The notes: generated from the sequence alone by a model not told the origin. Counted from the stretch's first letter, positions 52,115-60,965 are shown. The stretch is DNA of 64,000 nucleotides from a bacterium (GCA_965203325.1 OZ241875.1:3104001-3168000); one strand, 5' to 3'. Translations and numbers: made by a program.

Positions 52115-52148
52115 AAAATCCCCTCGCCGAAGTCGAGCGGGGGATTTC
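52115..52148. terminator. Bidirectional terminator between the maturase operon and the precursor
   Basis: Imperfect hairpin AAATCCCCTCGC...GCGGGGGATTT between convergent genes. Confidence 0.6.
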
Positions 52149-52203
52149 TGACTTTTACATCATGCGGATTCGAGGCATCCGCGTGCCGACTGGTGTTTCC
52201 GGT

Positions 52204-52455
52204 CTACCAGCAGCAGCAAAGGCCGGCCGAGACGGCTTCGAGTTGCTCCTCGGTGATGTTCGGATCCGGCGGCAACGCAATATGCACCGTCTGCATGTCG
52301 CTCTCATGGACCACGACATTCATCGAGTCGGGAATCGTGATGCCCAATTCCCCACAGATGGTCCCCTTCGGGTCTGAGAGCAGCTGTTGCCTGAAATCTG
52401 CGTCCAGGGCGGATTTCTCGACAATCTGCTTCAACATTTCATCGCCACTTCTCAT
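52204..52455 (-). CDS. srpE: NHLP-leader (proteusin) RiPP precursor, core LCCCW
   Basis: D.DFRQQLLSDPK, VVVHE....VHIALP, ITEEQLEAVSAG cleavage motif followed by LCCCW-stop; RBS AAGGAGGT. Confidence 0.93.
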   Translation of the reverse strand: MRSGDEMLKQIVEKSALDADFRQQLLSDPKGTICGELGITIPDSMNVVVHESDMQTVHIALPPDPNITEEQLEAVSAGLCCCW

Positions 52456-52510
52456 GGCTAACCTCCTTGGTAAGGTTTGATGAACAACACAACCTCATGT
52501 AATGAAACCG

Positions 52511-52552
52511 ATCTTATTCTTCGTTATTTTGCAAAGTCAACTTTTTTTTATT
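52511..52552 (-). promoter_or_regulatory. sigma70 promoter of the precursor gene
   Basis: Minus strand TTGACT-18 nt-TAAGAT with an upstream A-tract. Confidence 0.55.
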
Positions 52553-52803
52553 CGGTATTTTGATTATTTTTTCGAAGCGGAGTCTTGAACTCTACGGCGC
52601 GTGGACAGGTCGGCCACGTTATAGAAAAAGCCGGGAATTATAAAGGAAAGTTGACAAAACCCGCCTGACTTCTATTCCTCGACTTCCTCCATGACGGGTT
52701 TCCTTCATCAAATACGAGGCGGAACTTCCGCTCATAATCCGCCTTTTTCAATTCAGCCTATACACAAGATTTGAGGGCAACTCTTATTCAGGGGATAAAG
52801 GCA

Positions 52804-53023
52804 CCCCCCCCTACCCCCCTTTGTCAGGGGGGCAAGAAAAAGCAAAGCCCTCTCAGCCCAGCGGGGGCGCATCGCCTTTTTATACCCCCCTGACAAGGGG
52901 GGGGTAGGGGGGGTCCTTTGACAAAGGCTTTTTCAATAACCCCGTAGGGGCGGTTCGCGAACCGCCCCTACAAAATCCCATCGCGTCGAACCTTCATATT
53001 TCGGGACTTTTTCAACACCCCCC
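52804..53023. repeat. Composite repeat at the right edge of the RiPP cluster
   Basis: CCCCTACCCCCC..TGTCAGGGG/CCCCTGACAAGGGG..TAGGGG inverted arms, two CTTTTTCAA ends, perfect 28-nt GTAG palindrome 52944-52971. Confidence 0.8.
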
Positions 53024-53105
53024 GGCGAGCGTTTGAATCAGAATACCGGCGTTTCCCGGCAGGCGCCCCGGGTCGACTTTGAGTTTCTCGATGATATCGC
53101 CCATC
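53024..53105 (-). repeat. Diverged duplicate of the hcmA 3' end (direct repeat of 54382-54462)
   Basis: About 9 differences over about 82 nt by manual alignment, including one indel. Confidence 0.85.
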
Positions 53106-53109
53106 ATCT

Positions 53110-54303
53110 TCAGCGTTTGTTTCTATCCTTCCATCCGGGCATCGGCAGCTTGTAGGTAACTTCCGCAAGTTCTTTCGGCCAGACGATTCTGCGCCTGCCG
53201 TCGAGAATCTGGAACGTCAGGCCGTCCCGTTCGTTGAGGTTGTTCTCATCCACCTTCCATCTTCCCATCACGGTCTGGAACGCCGAGGCGCGTAGCGTCT
53301 TCCAGACTTTTTGGCGATCATGGGAACCTGCTTTCAGAATCGCCTGACTCACCACCTCTATCGCCCCGTAAGCCATGGCGACATGATCGCTCGGCTTCAC
53401 CCCGTAGCGCTTCTCGTAGGAGTCGATGAGTTCTCTCATGCCCGGAAACTTCAGGGCGTCGGGTTGCGGCTCCCACTGGCTGAAGCCCAGAACATACTCA
53501 GCCGTGGCGCCGAGTTGCTCGGCGAATTTAGGGAGACCGGGGCCGATGGTTCCGGCGAAAATCTTGAAGTTGATGTTGAGCTCCCTGAGTTGGCGAATCT
53601 GCGCGGCGGCGTCCGCGAAGTAGCTGTTCGAGAAAAGCGCCTCCGCCCGGCGCGCCTTGATTTTTTGCAGCAGCGCTGTGAAGTCGGTCTGCTTGCGCGG
53701 ATAGTTCTCGTTCAGCACCACTTTAAGGCCGAGTTTCTTCGCCCACTCCACGGCGCCCTCCGCCGACTGCCGGGGGAAGAGGCTGTCCTCGCCGATGATG
53801 GCGATTCGCTTCACCCCGATGTCCCTGGCGAGGTGCAGCGCGCCCTTGTGGTTTTTTTGGGCTACGGCATTTTGGTTGAAAAGGTATTTTCTGCCCTTCT
53901 CCCACAGCCCTCTGGAGGAAGCGCCCGGCGCCAGCGTGGGGTATTCGTGCCTTTCAAAGAGGTTGGCCACCGCGTCGGTGATGCCGCTGGAGTAGGGGCC
54001 GAGCGTGAAATGGATCTTCTCCTGCGTGATGAGCCTCTCGTAGAGCTTGATGCTGGTCTGCTTGTCCGATTTATCGTCCAGGAGAATCAGTTTCACCTTC
54101 TTGCCCAGCAGGCCGCCCCTGGCGTTTTGCCGGTCGGCGAACAGACGGTAGGCGTTGACGAACCGGCCTGCCGGCTCCGCGTAACGGCCCGTATGGGAGA
54201 TGGACCCGCCGATGGTGATTTCATCTGACGCCAGGGCCGAACCGGTGAGGAGCGTCGCCGTCCCCAGGAACGCGATTGCCATGAAGCTTCGATTCACTTT
54301 CAT
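53110..54303 (-). CDS. Branched-chain amino acid-type ABC substrate-binding protein (orphan)
   Basis: Signal peptide, S.TG.YA, N.RGGLLGKKVKL..LDD.SD, LGPYSS, TDFTALL.KIK. Confidence 0.88.
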   Translation of the reverse strand: MKVNRSFMAIAFLGTATLLTGSALASDEITIGGSISHTGRYAEPAGRFVNAYRLFADRQNARGGLLGKKVKLILLDDKSDKQTSIKLYERLITQEKIHFTLGPYSSGITDAVANLFERHEYPTLAPGASSRGLWEKGRKYLFNQNAVAQKNHKGALHLARDIGVKRIAIIGEDSLFPRQSAEGAVEWAKKLGLKVVLNENYPRKQTDFTALLQKIKARRAEALFSNSYFADAAAQIRQLRELNINFKIFAGTIGPGLPKFAEQLGATAEYVLGFSQWEPQPDALKFPGMRELIDSYEKRYGVKPSDHVAMAYGAIEVVSQAILKAGSHDRQKVWKTLRASAFQTVMGRWKVDENNLNERDGLTFQILDGRRRIVWPKELAEVTYKLPMPGWKDRNKR

Positions 54304-54395
54304 CTTCCATCTTCCTCGGAATAAGGGATACATGAAGAATCGTTCGCGACGCGCCCGGCTGCGCAGCCGGACACTCGCCCGGGCGAGCGTTTGAA

Positions 54396-56087
54396 TCAGA
54401 AAACCGGCGTTTCCCGGTAGGTGCCCCAGACCGACTTCAGTTTCTCGACGATATCGCCCATCGTTGCGCCCGCGCGCACGAGTTCCACCGTGACGGGCAT
54501 GATGTTCCGCGTCTCGTCCCTGGCGACCGAGACGAGCTCCTCCAGAAGCGTCCCGACCCTGGCGTTGTCGCGTTCGGCGCGCACCCTCCTCGTCCGCGCG
54601 ATCTGCCGGTCGGCGGTCGAGGAATCATAGGGATGGGTCTCGATCTCGTGGTTTTCGTCCTCCTCGACCAGGGTGTTGACCCCGATGACCGGCTTTTCAC
54701 CGGATTGCTTGCGCAGGGCGGTCTCGTAGGCGAAGTCGGCGATCTGCTTCTGGAACCAGCCTTCCTCGATCAATTTAATCGCGCCGCCGTTTTCATCCAC
54801 ATAGTCGAGAATCTCGAAAATGCGCGTCTCGTACTCGTTGGTCAGGCTCTCGAGGTAGTAGGAACCGCCCAGCGGATCGATGACGTTGGTGACGTTCGTT
54901 TCCTCCGCGATGACCTGCTGCGTGCGCAGGGCCAGCCGCATGGCGTCCTCGGTCGGAATCGCGAACGCTTCGTCGTAGCCGTTCGTGTGCAGCGACTGGC
55001 AGCCGCCGAGGACCGCGGCGAGGGCCTGGAACGCGGTGCGCACGATGTTGATCCGGAATTGCGGCTTGGTGAGGGTGGCGGCCGCGGTCTGGCAATGGAA
55101 ACGGAGCCGCATCGATTCGGGGTTCTTCGCGCCGAAGCGCTCTTTCATGATCCTGGCGTAACAGCGGCGCAGCGCCCGGAACTTGGCGACCTCCTCGAAC
55201 AGGTCCGCCTGCGAGACGTAGAAGAAACCAAGCCTCGGCGCGAACTCGTCGACGCTCATCCCGGTCTTCAGCACCTCCTCCACATAGACGATCAGGTTGC
55301 ACATGGTGAAGGCGGCCTCCTGCAAAGGCGAGGCGCCGGCTTCTGAGATGTGATAGCCCGAGATGTTGATCGGGTTGTAGCGCTTCATGTTGCGGCCGCA
55401 GAAGGATATGCAGTCGCGCACGATGCGGACAGACGGCGCGATCGGGTAGATGAACTCCTTCTGCGCAATATATTCCTTGAGTATGTCCGCCTGGATGGTG
55501 CCCGAGAGCCTGTTCAGGTCGAGGCCGCGTTTCTCGGCCAGCGCCACATACATGGCGAGCAGTATCCAGGCGCTGGGGTTGATGGTCATCGATACGGAGA
55601 TGTTCTCGAGATCGATGCCGTCGTAGAGCGCCTCCATGTCGGCGAGCGTATCCACGGCCACGCCTTCGCGGCCCACCTCGCCATCGCTCATCGGGTGGTC
55701 GGAGTCGTAGCCCATGAGCGTGGGCATGTCGAAGTCGGTCGACAGTCCCGTCTGCCCCTGTGAGATCAGGTATTTGAAGCGTTTGTTGGTGTCCTCACCT
55801 GTGCCGAAACCGGCGATCTGGCGCATGGTCCACACCCGGCTGCGGTACATCGTCGGGTAGGGCCCGCGCGTGAAGGGATAGCGCCCCGGCAGGCCGATAT
55901 CCTCGAGCGGCGTTTCCGCAACATCGGCGGCGGTGTAGACGCGCTGCACCGGGAAATCGCCGGTCGTGAAGAACTGCTCCTTGCGCTCGGCTTGTTTGTT
56001 CAGGAAGGCGGCGACCTCTTTGCTCTCCCAATCCTCGATCTCGCTCAGGAGTTTCTCAAGCGGATTTTGAGTGAACGTCTCGTTCAT
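54396..56087 (-). CDS. hcmA: B12-dependent acyl-CoA mutase large subunit, 2-hydroxyisobutyryl-CoA mutase type
   Basis: PFTRGPYPTMY, TMRQIAGFG (Ile at the specificity site), STDFDMPT, SGYHI.EAG, QSLHTN. Confidence 0.82.
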   Translation of the reverse strand: MNETFTQNPLEKLLSEIEDWESKEVAAFLNKQAERKEQFFTTGDFPVQRVYTAADVAETPLEDIGLPGRYPFTRGPYPTMYRSRVWTMRQIAGFGTGEDTNKRFKYLISQGQTGLSTDFDMPTLMGYDSDHPMSDGEVGREGVAVDTLADMEALYDGIDLENISVSMTINPSAWILLAMYVALAEKRGLDLNRLSGTIQADILKEYIAQKEFIYPIAPSVRIVRDCISFCGRNMKRYNPINISGYHISEAGASPLQEAAFTMCNLIVYVEEVLKTGMSVDEFAPRLGFFYVSQADLFEEVAKFRALRRCYARIMKERFGAKNPESMRLRFHCQTAAATLTKPQFRINIVRTAFQALAAVLGGCQSLHTNGYDEAFAIPTEDAMRLALRTQQVIAEETNVTNVIDPLGGSYYLESLTNEYETRIFEILDYVDENGGAIKLIEEGWFQKQIADFAYETALRKQSGEKPVIGVNTLVEEDENHEIETHPYDSSTADRQIARTRRVRAERDNARVGTLLEELVSVARDETRNIMPVTVELVRAGATMGDIVEKLKSVWGTYRETPVF

Positions 56088-57060
56088 GGTCTCCCTCCCA
56101 TTCGAGCGTCGTCGAGAGCAATTCCTCCGCCAGGGAATAGGGGTCGCTCTCCCGGCGCATGAGCTGTTCGGCGAGTTTCGCGCTCGCCGCAGCCGTGGCG
56201 GCGTTGAATCGATCATATAACAGATTTTCAGCGGTCTTGCGCAGCCGGAATTCCGCGATGCTCTTGCGCCGCGCGCGGCCCGCATCGGTATTCGACGTCA
56301 CCTCGCGATGCCGGGCAATCGCTTCGAGCAACTCGTCGATCCCTTCTCCGGAAACAGCGCTGGTGCCGATGACGGGGACGGCCCGGTCGGATGGTTCGCC
56401 CCCGTGGGTTCCGAGTGTCAGCATCTGCTTCAAATCGGTCAGCGTCCGGTTGGCGTCGCTGCGGTCGCACTTCGACACGACGTGGATGTCGGCGATCTCC
56501 AGAAGGCCCGCCTTGATCGCCTGGACCTCGTCGCCCAAGCCGGGTGCGGAAACCACGACCGTGGTGTGGGAGGCCCGCACGATCTCGACCTCGTCCTGGC
56601 CCACGCCGACGGTTTCGAGAATGATCACCCCGAAACCGGCGGCATCGAGGATATCGGCCGCCTCGAGCGCCGCGCGCGCCATGCCGCCGGTCGCCCCGTG
56701 CGTCGCCATGCTGCGGATATAAACGCCGGAGTCGGCGCTCAAGTCGCTCATGCGGATTCGGTCTCCCAGGATGGCGCCGCCCGAATAGGGAGAGGACGGA
56801 TCGATAGCGATGATGCCGACCTTCTCGCCGCCGGCGCGCAGCCTTTGCGCCAGCCCGCTTACGAGCGTGGATTTTCCGCTGCCGGGCACCCCGGTGATGC
56901 CGACGAGGTGCGCTCGTCCGGCCAGTCTGTGGATGCGGGCGAGTGCGTCGCGCGGTTCCGCCAGGCCCGACTCCGCGCGCGATATGAGGCGGCCGATCGC
57001 GGCCGGCTCGCCAGATTGAACGCGGGCGATGAGTTCCACCGAAGGGACGTAGGCGCCCAT
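56056..57060 (-). CDS. meaH: MeaB-like GTPase chaperone
   Basis: GITGVPGSGKST, IDPSSPYSGGAILGDRIRM, ETVGVGQ, QAIKAGLLEIAD. Confidence 0.85.
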   Translation of the reverse strand: MGAYVPSVELIARVQSGEPAAIGRLISRAESGLAEPRDALARIHRLAGRAHLVGITGVPGSGKSTLVSGLAQRLRAGGEKVGIIAIDPSSPYSGGAILGDRIRMSDLSADSGVYIRSMATHGATGGMARAALEAADILDAAGFGVIILETVGVGQDEVEIVRASHTTVVVSAPGLGDEVQAIKAGLLEIADIHVVSKCDRSDANRTLTDLKQMLTLGTHGGEPSDRAVPVIGTSAVSGEGIDELLEAIARHREVTSNTDAGRARRKSIAEFRLRKTAENLLYDRFNAATAAASAKLAEQLMRRESDPYSLAEELLSTTLEWEGDHERDVHSKSA

Positions 57061-58490
57061 CAGCGGTTTTCGTCATCCAGTTGTGTCTGCATTTCCTGAA
57101 AGACAGCGCGATCGTCGATGACGCGGCGCGCCTTGAAATCCGTTCGGGGGATCGAGCCCGGCTCGACGATCTCCACGCCCGTCCGCAGCCCGAGCACCTT
57201 CTGCAATTTGTGCGCAACCTCGGTGCAGAACCGGGCGGCGCCGTCCGCGTCGGCGAAGGTCTCGGTGTCGGCCTCGACGCGCAGCAGCAACTCGTCCATC
57301 GCCGCCTCGCGGCTGATCACGATCCGGTGCTCTCCGCCGTAGTGCGCGAGTTCGTTGAGCGCGGCGTCTATCTCGCTGGGATACACGTTCTCGCCCCGGA
57401 TCGTGAACATGTCGTCGATGCGCCCGAAAATACCGTGCGGCAGGCGTGGATAGGTGCGCCCGCACGGGTTCGGTTCGTCCACCCAGCGGGTCAGGTCCCC
57501 CGACGCCAGGCGGATCATCGGCTGGGAGGCGCGTTCGAGATGGGTGTACACGGGCGTTCCCCGTTCCCCGTAGGGGACCCGGCGCATGGTTTCGGGGTCG
57601 CACACTTCCGTGTAGACGACGTCCTGCCAGCAGAGCATTCCGTCCGTCTCGGCCGAACTCGCCACGTTCATCCATGGGCTCATCTCGGCCATGGAGCCGC
57701 TGTCGAAAACCCTGGCCCCATAGAGCCCCTCGATGCGCTCGCGGATGGCCGGTATCGAGGCGCCGGGCTCGCCGGAGAAGAACATGATCTTGAGCTGCAT
57801 GTCGCGGGGGTCCAGTCCCTCGTCTTCCGCGACCTGGGCGAGGTGCAAGGCGTAGGTCGGCGTGCCGTAGAAGGCGGTGGGCTTCAGCATGTCGAGCCAT
57901 TGCACGCAGCGCGCCGACATGCCGGACGCGCCGGCGCCGAAGGGGAAGGCTTTCGCGCCGAGGCGTTCCGCGCCGGCGAGCGCCCCCCAACTCCCCATAT
58001 AGAGGGAAAACACGGCGGCGACGCAAATCGTGTCGCCGGGGCGCAGGCCCATGCCCCACATGATGCGCGCATGCGCGTTGGCTATGGCGCGCCAGTCGCC
58101 CTGCGAGATGGCGAAGGCGGTGGGCCGCCCGGTCGTGCCGCTGGTGCCGTGGATGTGAAAGACTTCCGTTTCGTCCACGCAGAGGTAATCGCCGAAGGGC
58201 GGATGGCGCTCCTGCGCCTCGCGCAGGTCCTGCTTGGTGAGGACCGGGACTTTCTCCTCGAAGTCCTCGAGCGACTTGAGCCGGCTCGGGTGGAAACCGG
58301 CCTCATCCCATTTGCGGCGGTAGAGGGCCGCGTTCTCGTAGGCGTAGGCGCAGACTTGCCGGAGGCGCTCCAGGATGGCCTTCTCCCGGTCTCTCGCCGG
58401 CATCGTCTCCCGCCGGGGGAACCAGTAGCGGCTGCCCGGAGGCGGAAGAAAATCCTCATCGTATTCAGGTGGGAATGACCAGGACTCCAT
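57060..58490 (-). CDS. Phenylacetate-CoA ligase family, likely 2-hydroxyisobutyrate-CoA ligase
   Basis: HGTSGTTGRP, GTPTYAL, SGEPG, IR..SGD, GRIDDM..IRGENVYPS; lies inside the mutase operon. Confidence 0.8.
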   Translation of the reverse strand: MESWSFPPEYDEDFLPPPGSRYWFPRRETMPARDREKAILERLRQVCAYAYENAALYRRKWDEAGFHPSRLKSLEDFEEKVPVLTKQDLREAQERHPPFGDYLCVDETEVFHIHGTSGTTGRPTAFAISQGDWRAIANAHARIMWGMGLRPGDTICVAAVFSLYMGSWGALAGAERLGAKAFPFGAGASGMSARCVQWLDMLKPTAFYGTPTYALHLAQVAEDEGLDPRDMQLKIMFFSGEPGASIPAIRERIEGLYGARVFDSGSMAEMSPWMNVASSAETDGMLCWQDVVYTEVCDPETMRRVPYGERGTPVYTHLERASQPMIRLASGDLTRWVDEPNPCGRTYPRLPHGIFGRIDDMFTIRGENVYPSEIDAALNELAHYGGEHRIVISREAAMDELLLRVEADTETFADADGAARFCTEVAHKLQKVLGLRTGVEIVEPGSIPRTDFKARRVIDDRAVFQEMQTQLDDENR

Positions 58491-58500
58491 GGATGTCGGA

Positions 58501-58908
58501 TCAGCGCGCGCCGCGCTCCTCCACGAGGCGGGTCAGCGTGTCGATGATCGTTTGCGGCGGCGTATCCTGCAGCAGCACCTTGCTTACGCCCATTTTCTTG
58601 AGCTGGACGACGTCTTCGTCCGGCATGACGCCGCCGGCCACGACGATCATGTCGTCGGCGCCGCTGGTCCGAAGCAGGTCGAATATCTTGGGGAACACCG
58701 TCATCTGGACGCCGGACAACAGACTCACGCCCAGCACGTCGACGTCTTCCTGTACGGCGGCGGTCACCACCTCTTCCGGCGAGCGGTGCAGGCCGGTGTA
58801 GATCACGTCCATACCGGCGTCCCGCAGGGCGCGGGCGACGATCTTGACGCCCCGGTCGTGACCGTCGAGACCCACCTTCGCCAGCAGGACGCGAATTGGT
58901 TGACTCAT
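58501..58908 (-). CDS. hcmB: Cobalamin-binding small subunit of the acyl-CoA mutase
   Basis: AKVGLDGHDRG, GVSLLSG, VAGG. Confidence 0.85.
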   Translation of the reverse strand: MSQPIRVLLAKVGLDGHDRGVKIVARALRDAGMDVIYTGLHRSPEEVVTAAVQEDVDVLGVSLLSGVQMTVFPKIFDLLRTSGADDMIVVAGGVMPDEDVVQLKKMGVSKVLLQDTPPQTIIDTLTRLVEERGAR

Positions 58909-59057
58909 GAGGGATTCCTCATCGGTCTCTCACTTGTATACGAAAACAGCATACAACCTGCAAAAAATGCAACATACTGTCAAGGTGAAACAGAACCGAC
59001 TCGCAGGAGGAACGGTCCCGCGGGCGCTCCTGCTCCCCCGAAGACACCCGCCCGGAA

Positions 59058-59357
59058 GGGGGTTGTTGAAAAAGTCCTCGTGAGAGGGCATCCCGTTCAT
59101 CGAATGGTTTACCGTAGGGACAGGTCGCGACCTGTCCCTACTCAAAGGAGCAACCCCCCCTACCCCCCTTGTCAGGGGTCAAACGCGAGTGATGAACGAG
59201 CGTTTGCATGAGCCATTGACGAGAAACACATCGTCTTGCAAAACCTCCCTCTTCGGTCGGTTTTGACCCCTGACAAGGGGGGGTAGGGGGGGTGCCTTAA
59301 TGGGGTTTCCCTTTCAGGGGGGTGCCATTACCTTCTCAGGGACTTTTTCAACAGCCC
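59058..59357. mobile_element. MITE-like element with TTGAAAAAG inverted ends
   Basis: GGGGGTTGTTGAAAAAGTCC ... GGGACTTTTTCAACAGCCC; encloses perfect palindrome GTAGGGACAGGTCGCGACCTGTCCCTAC (59114-59141) and long inverted arms 59154-59292. Confidence 0.7.
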
Positions 59358-59831
59358 TCATCTGCCGGGTTCGATGCCCACCCTCCGTCCGGGTCTCCAT
59401 CCCTCGCGCGGGGGGCGCATTTCCCCGCATTTGCGGCGAAGCGCTCATCACTCCCTCCCGGGGTCCGGACGAAATTCTCTGCATCTCCCTCGAAACCACC
59501 CGCATTTGCCCGTATTTGCCGTCGCGCTGCTCGGGGCGCGAGCGCGTATGATGGCGAAGCCGGGCGCTTCGTTCGGGGCCGATGGAATTTCTGAAAATTC
59601 CTGAAAAATTCGATAAATTCCCGGGGTTTTTCCGTAAATTTCTGAAAATTAAATTCTTGGGAAATGACGCCGCGGAATCCGGGCGCAGGGGAATTCTGCC
59701 ACGGATCGCTGCACCTGCCATGACGGCAAATGCGCGGATTTGCGGGCAGTTGCGGGGGAGGTGGGCGGAAATTTCGCGGATCGGCGGTTTTATCGTAGAA
59801 TCAGGGGTGGTTTTCCTGGTGGAGGAGCGCC

Positions 59832-60914
59832 ATGAGGGTTTCCAGACGCCAACTGTTGCGGGTTGCGGGGCGAGTCGCGCCCCTCGCCGTCATCGGGGTT
59901 CCGCGCGAGGCGCAGGCCTCGATGATGGGCCATCTGTTCGACTGGCTGAACAGCCGCCCCGTCGAGACGCCCGGACCCGGGGAGGGGATTCTCGATTTCG
60001 CCGCGCGCGTCGTTCCCGAAGTCACCGCGAACGATAAATTCTACGTGCAGAGCATCGGCCATTCGGCGCCCAGGCTCTCCCGCAAGAAATGGCGGCTGAA
60101 AATAACGGGTGAGGTAAAAGGGCCTTTTTCCGCTACTTATGCGGCGTTGGGCGCGCTCAGGCAGGAGCGAACCTGGGCGACGATGACCTGCATCGGGAAC
60201 CCCGTGGGCGGCGGTCAGATTGGGAACGCCCTGTGGGAAGGAGTACCGCTCAGAACCCTCATCGAGCGGGCGGGCGTCGCGGAAAGCGTTCGCCGCTCTG
60301 TATCCGCCCGGGTGATTTTTCGCGCGGCGGACGGGTATCATGATTCCATATCCCTGGAGCAGGCACTCGATTCGAGAACGCTTCTGTGCACCAGGATGAA
60401 CGGAGAACCTTTGCCGAGAGATCACGGCGCTCCGCTCAGGCTCCTCGTGCCGGGGACTTACGGCCTCAAGAACGTAAAATGGATTGAATCCATTGAGGTT
60501 GCGACCAAGGGCCATGGCGGCTATTGGCAACGGCGGGGGTGGTCGGATGAGGCAATCGTCGAGACGCTCAGCCGTTTCGAAGCCCCCAGAAGACGCGTTG
60601 AGGTGCGGACATCCAAAGTGTGGCTCGTGGGGTCTGCTTTCGCGGGGGACAGGGGAATCCGCAAGGTGGAGGTAACCTATGGGCAGGGTGAGCGTTTGCA
60701 GCCCTGGGCGCCCGCCTTGCTCAAAAAGCCTCTCGGGCCTCTCGCCTGGAGCGTCTGGGCGTTTCCCATGCGTTTTGAGGAAAACGGTTTCTACCCGGCG
60801 ACGGTGCGGGCATTGGATGGCGCAGGAAAAGTGCAGACGGATGAGATTTCCGATCCGCAACCCGGCGGGTCGACGGGACAGATGGGGCTCAGCATATACG
60901 TGAAGGGCTTGTAG
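59832..60914 (+). CDS. Tat-exported molybdopterin oxidoreductase (sulfite oxidase family)
   Basis: SRRQLL; Mo-ligand Cys in TMTCIGN; GNA.WEGVPL; MNGEPLP.DHG.PLRL.VPG.YG.KNVKW; GYW..RGW. Confidence 0.88.
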   Translation: MRVSRRQLLRVAGRVAPLAVIGVPREAQASMMGHLFDWLNSRPVETPGPGEGILDFAARVVPEVTANDKFYVQSIGHSAPRLSRKKWRLKITGEVKGPFSATYAALGALRQERTWATMTCIGNPVGGGQIGNALWEGVPLRTLIERAGVAESVRRSVSARVIFRAADGYHDSISLEQALDSRTLLCTRMNGEPLPRDHGAPLRLLVPGTYGLKNVKWIESIEVATKGHGGYWQRRGWSDEAIVETLSRFEAPRRRVEVRTSKVWLVGSAFAGDRGIRKVEVTYGQGERLQPWAPALLKKPLGPLAWSVWAFPMRFEENGFYPATVRALDGAGKVQTDEISDPQPGGSTGQMGLSIYVKGL

Positions 60915-60934
60915 GCGAGACAAGGTGGCGTATG

Positions 60935-60965
60935 AAAAAACCCCGCCGGGCAACCGGCGGGGTTT
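60935..60965. terminator. Bidirectional terminator
   Basis: AAAAACCCCGCCGG-GCAA-CCGGCGGGGTTT. Confidence 0.8.

Noticed and set aside
52886..52913. G-quadruplex role for the G-rich arms
   Set aside because: The G-runs have complementary C-rich partner arms nearby, so a hairpin or inverted-repeat explanation is enough
54396..56087. Canonical methylmalonyl-CoA mutase
   Set aside because: Has RQIAG rather than RQYAG, and the operon includes a CoA ligase as in hcm clusters
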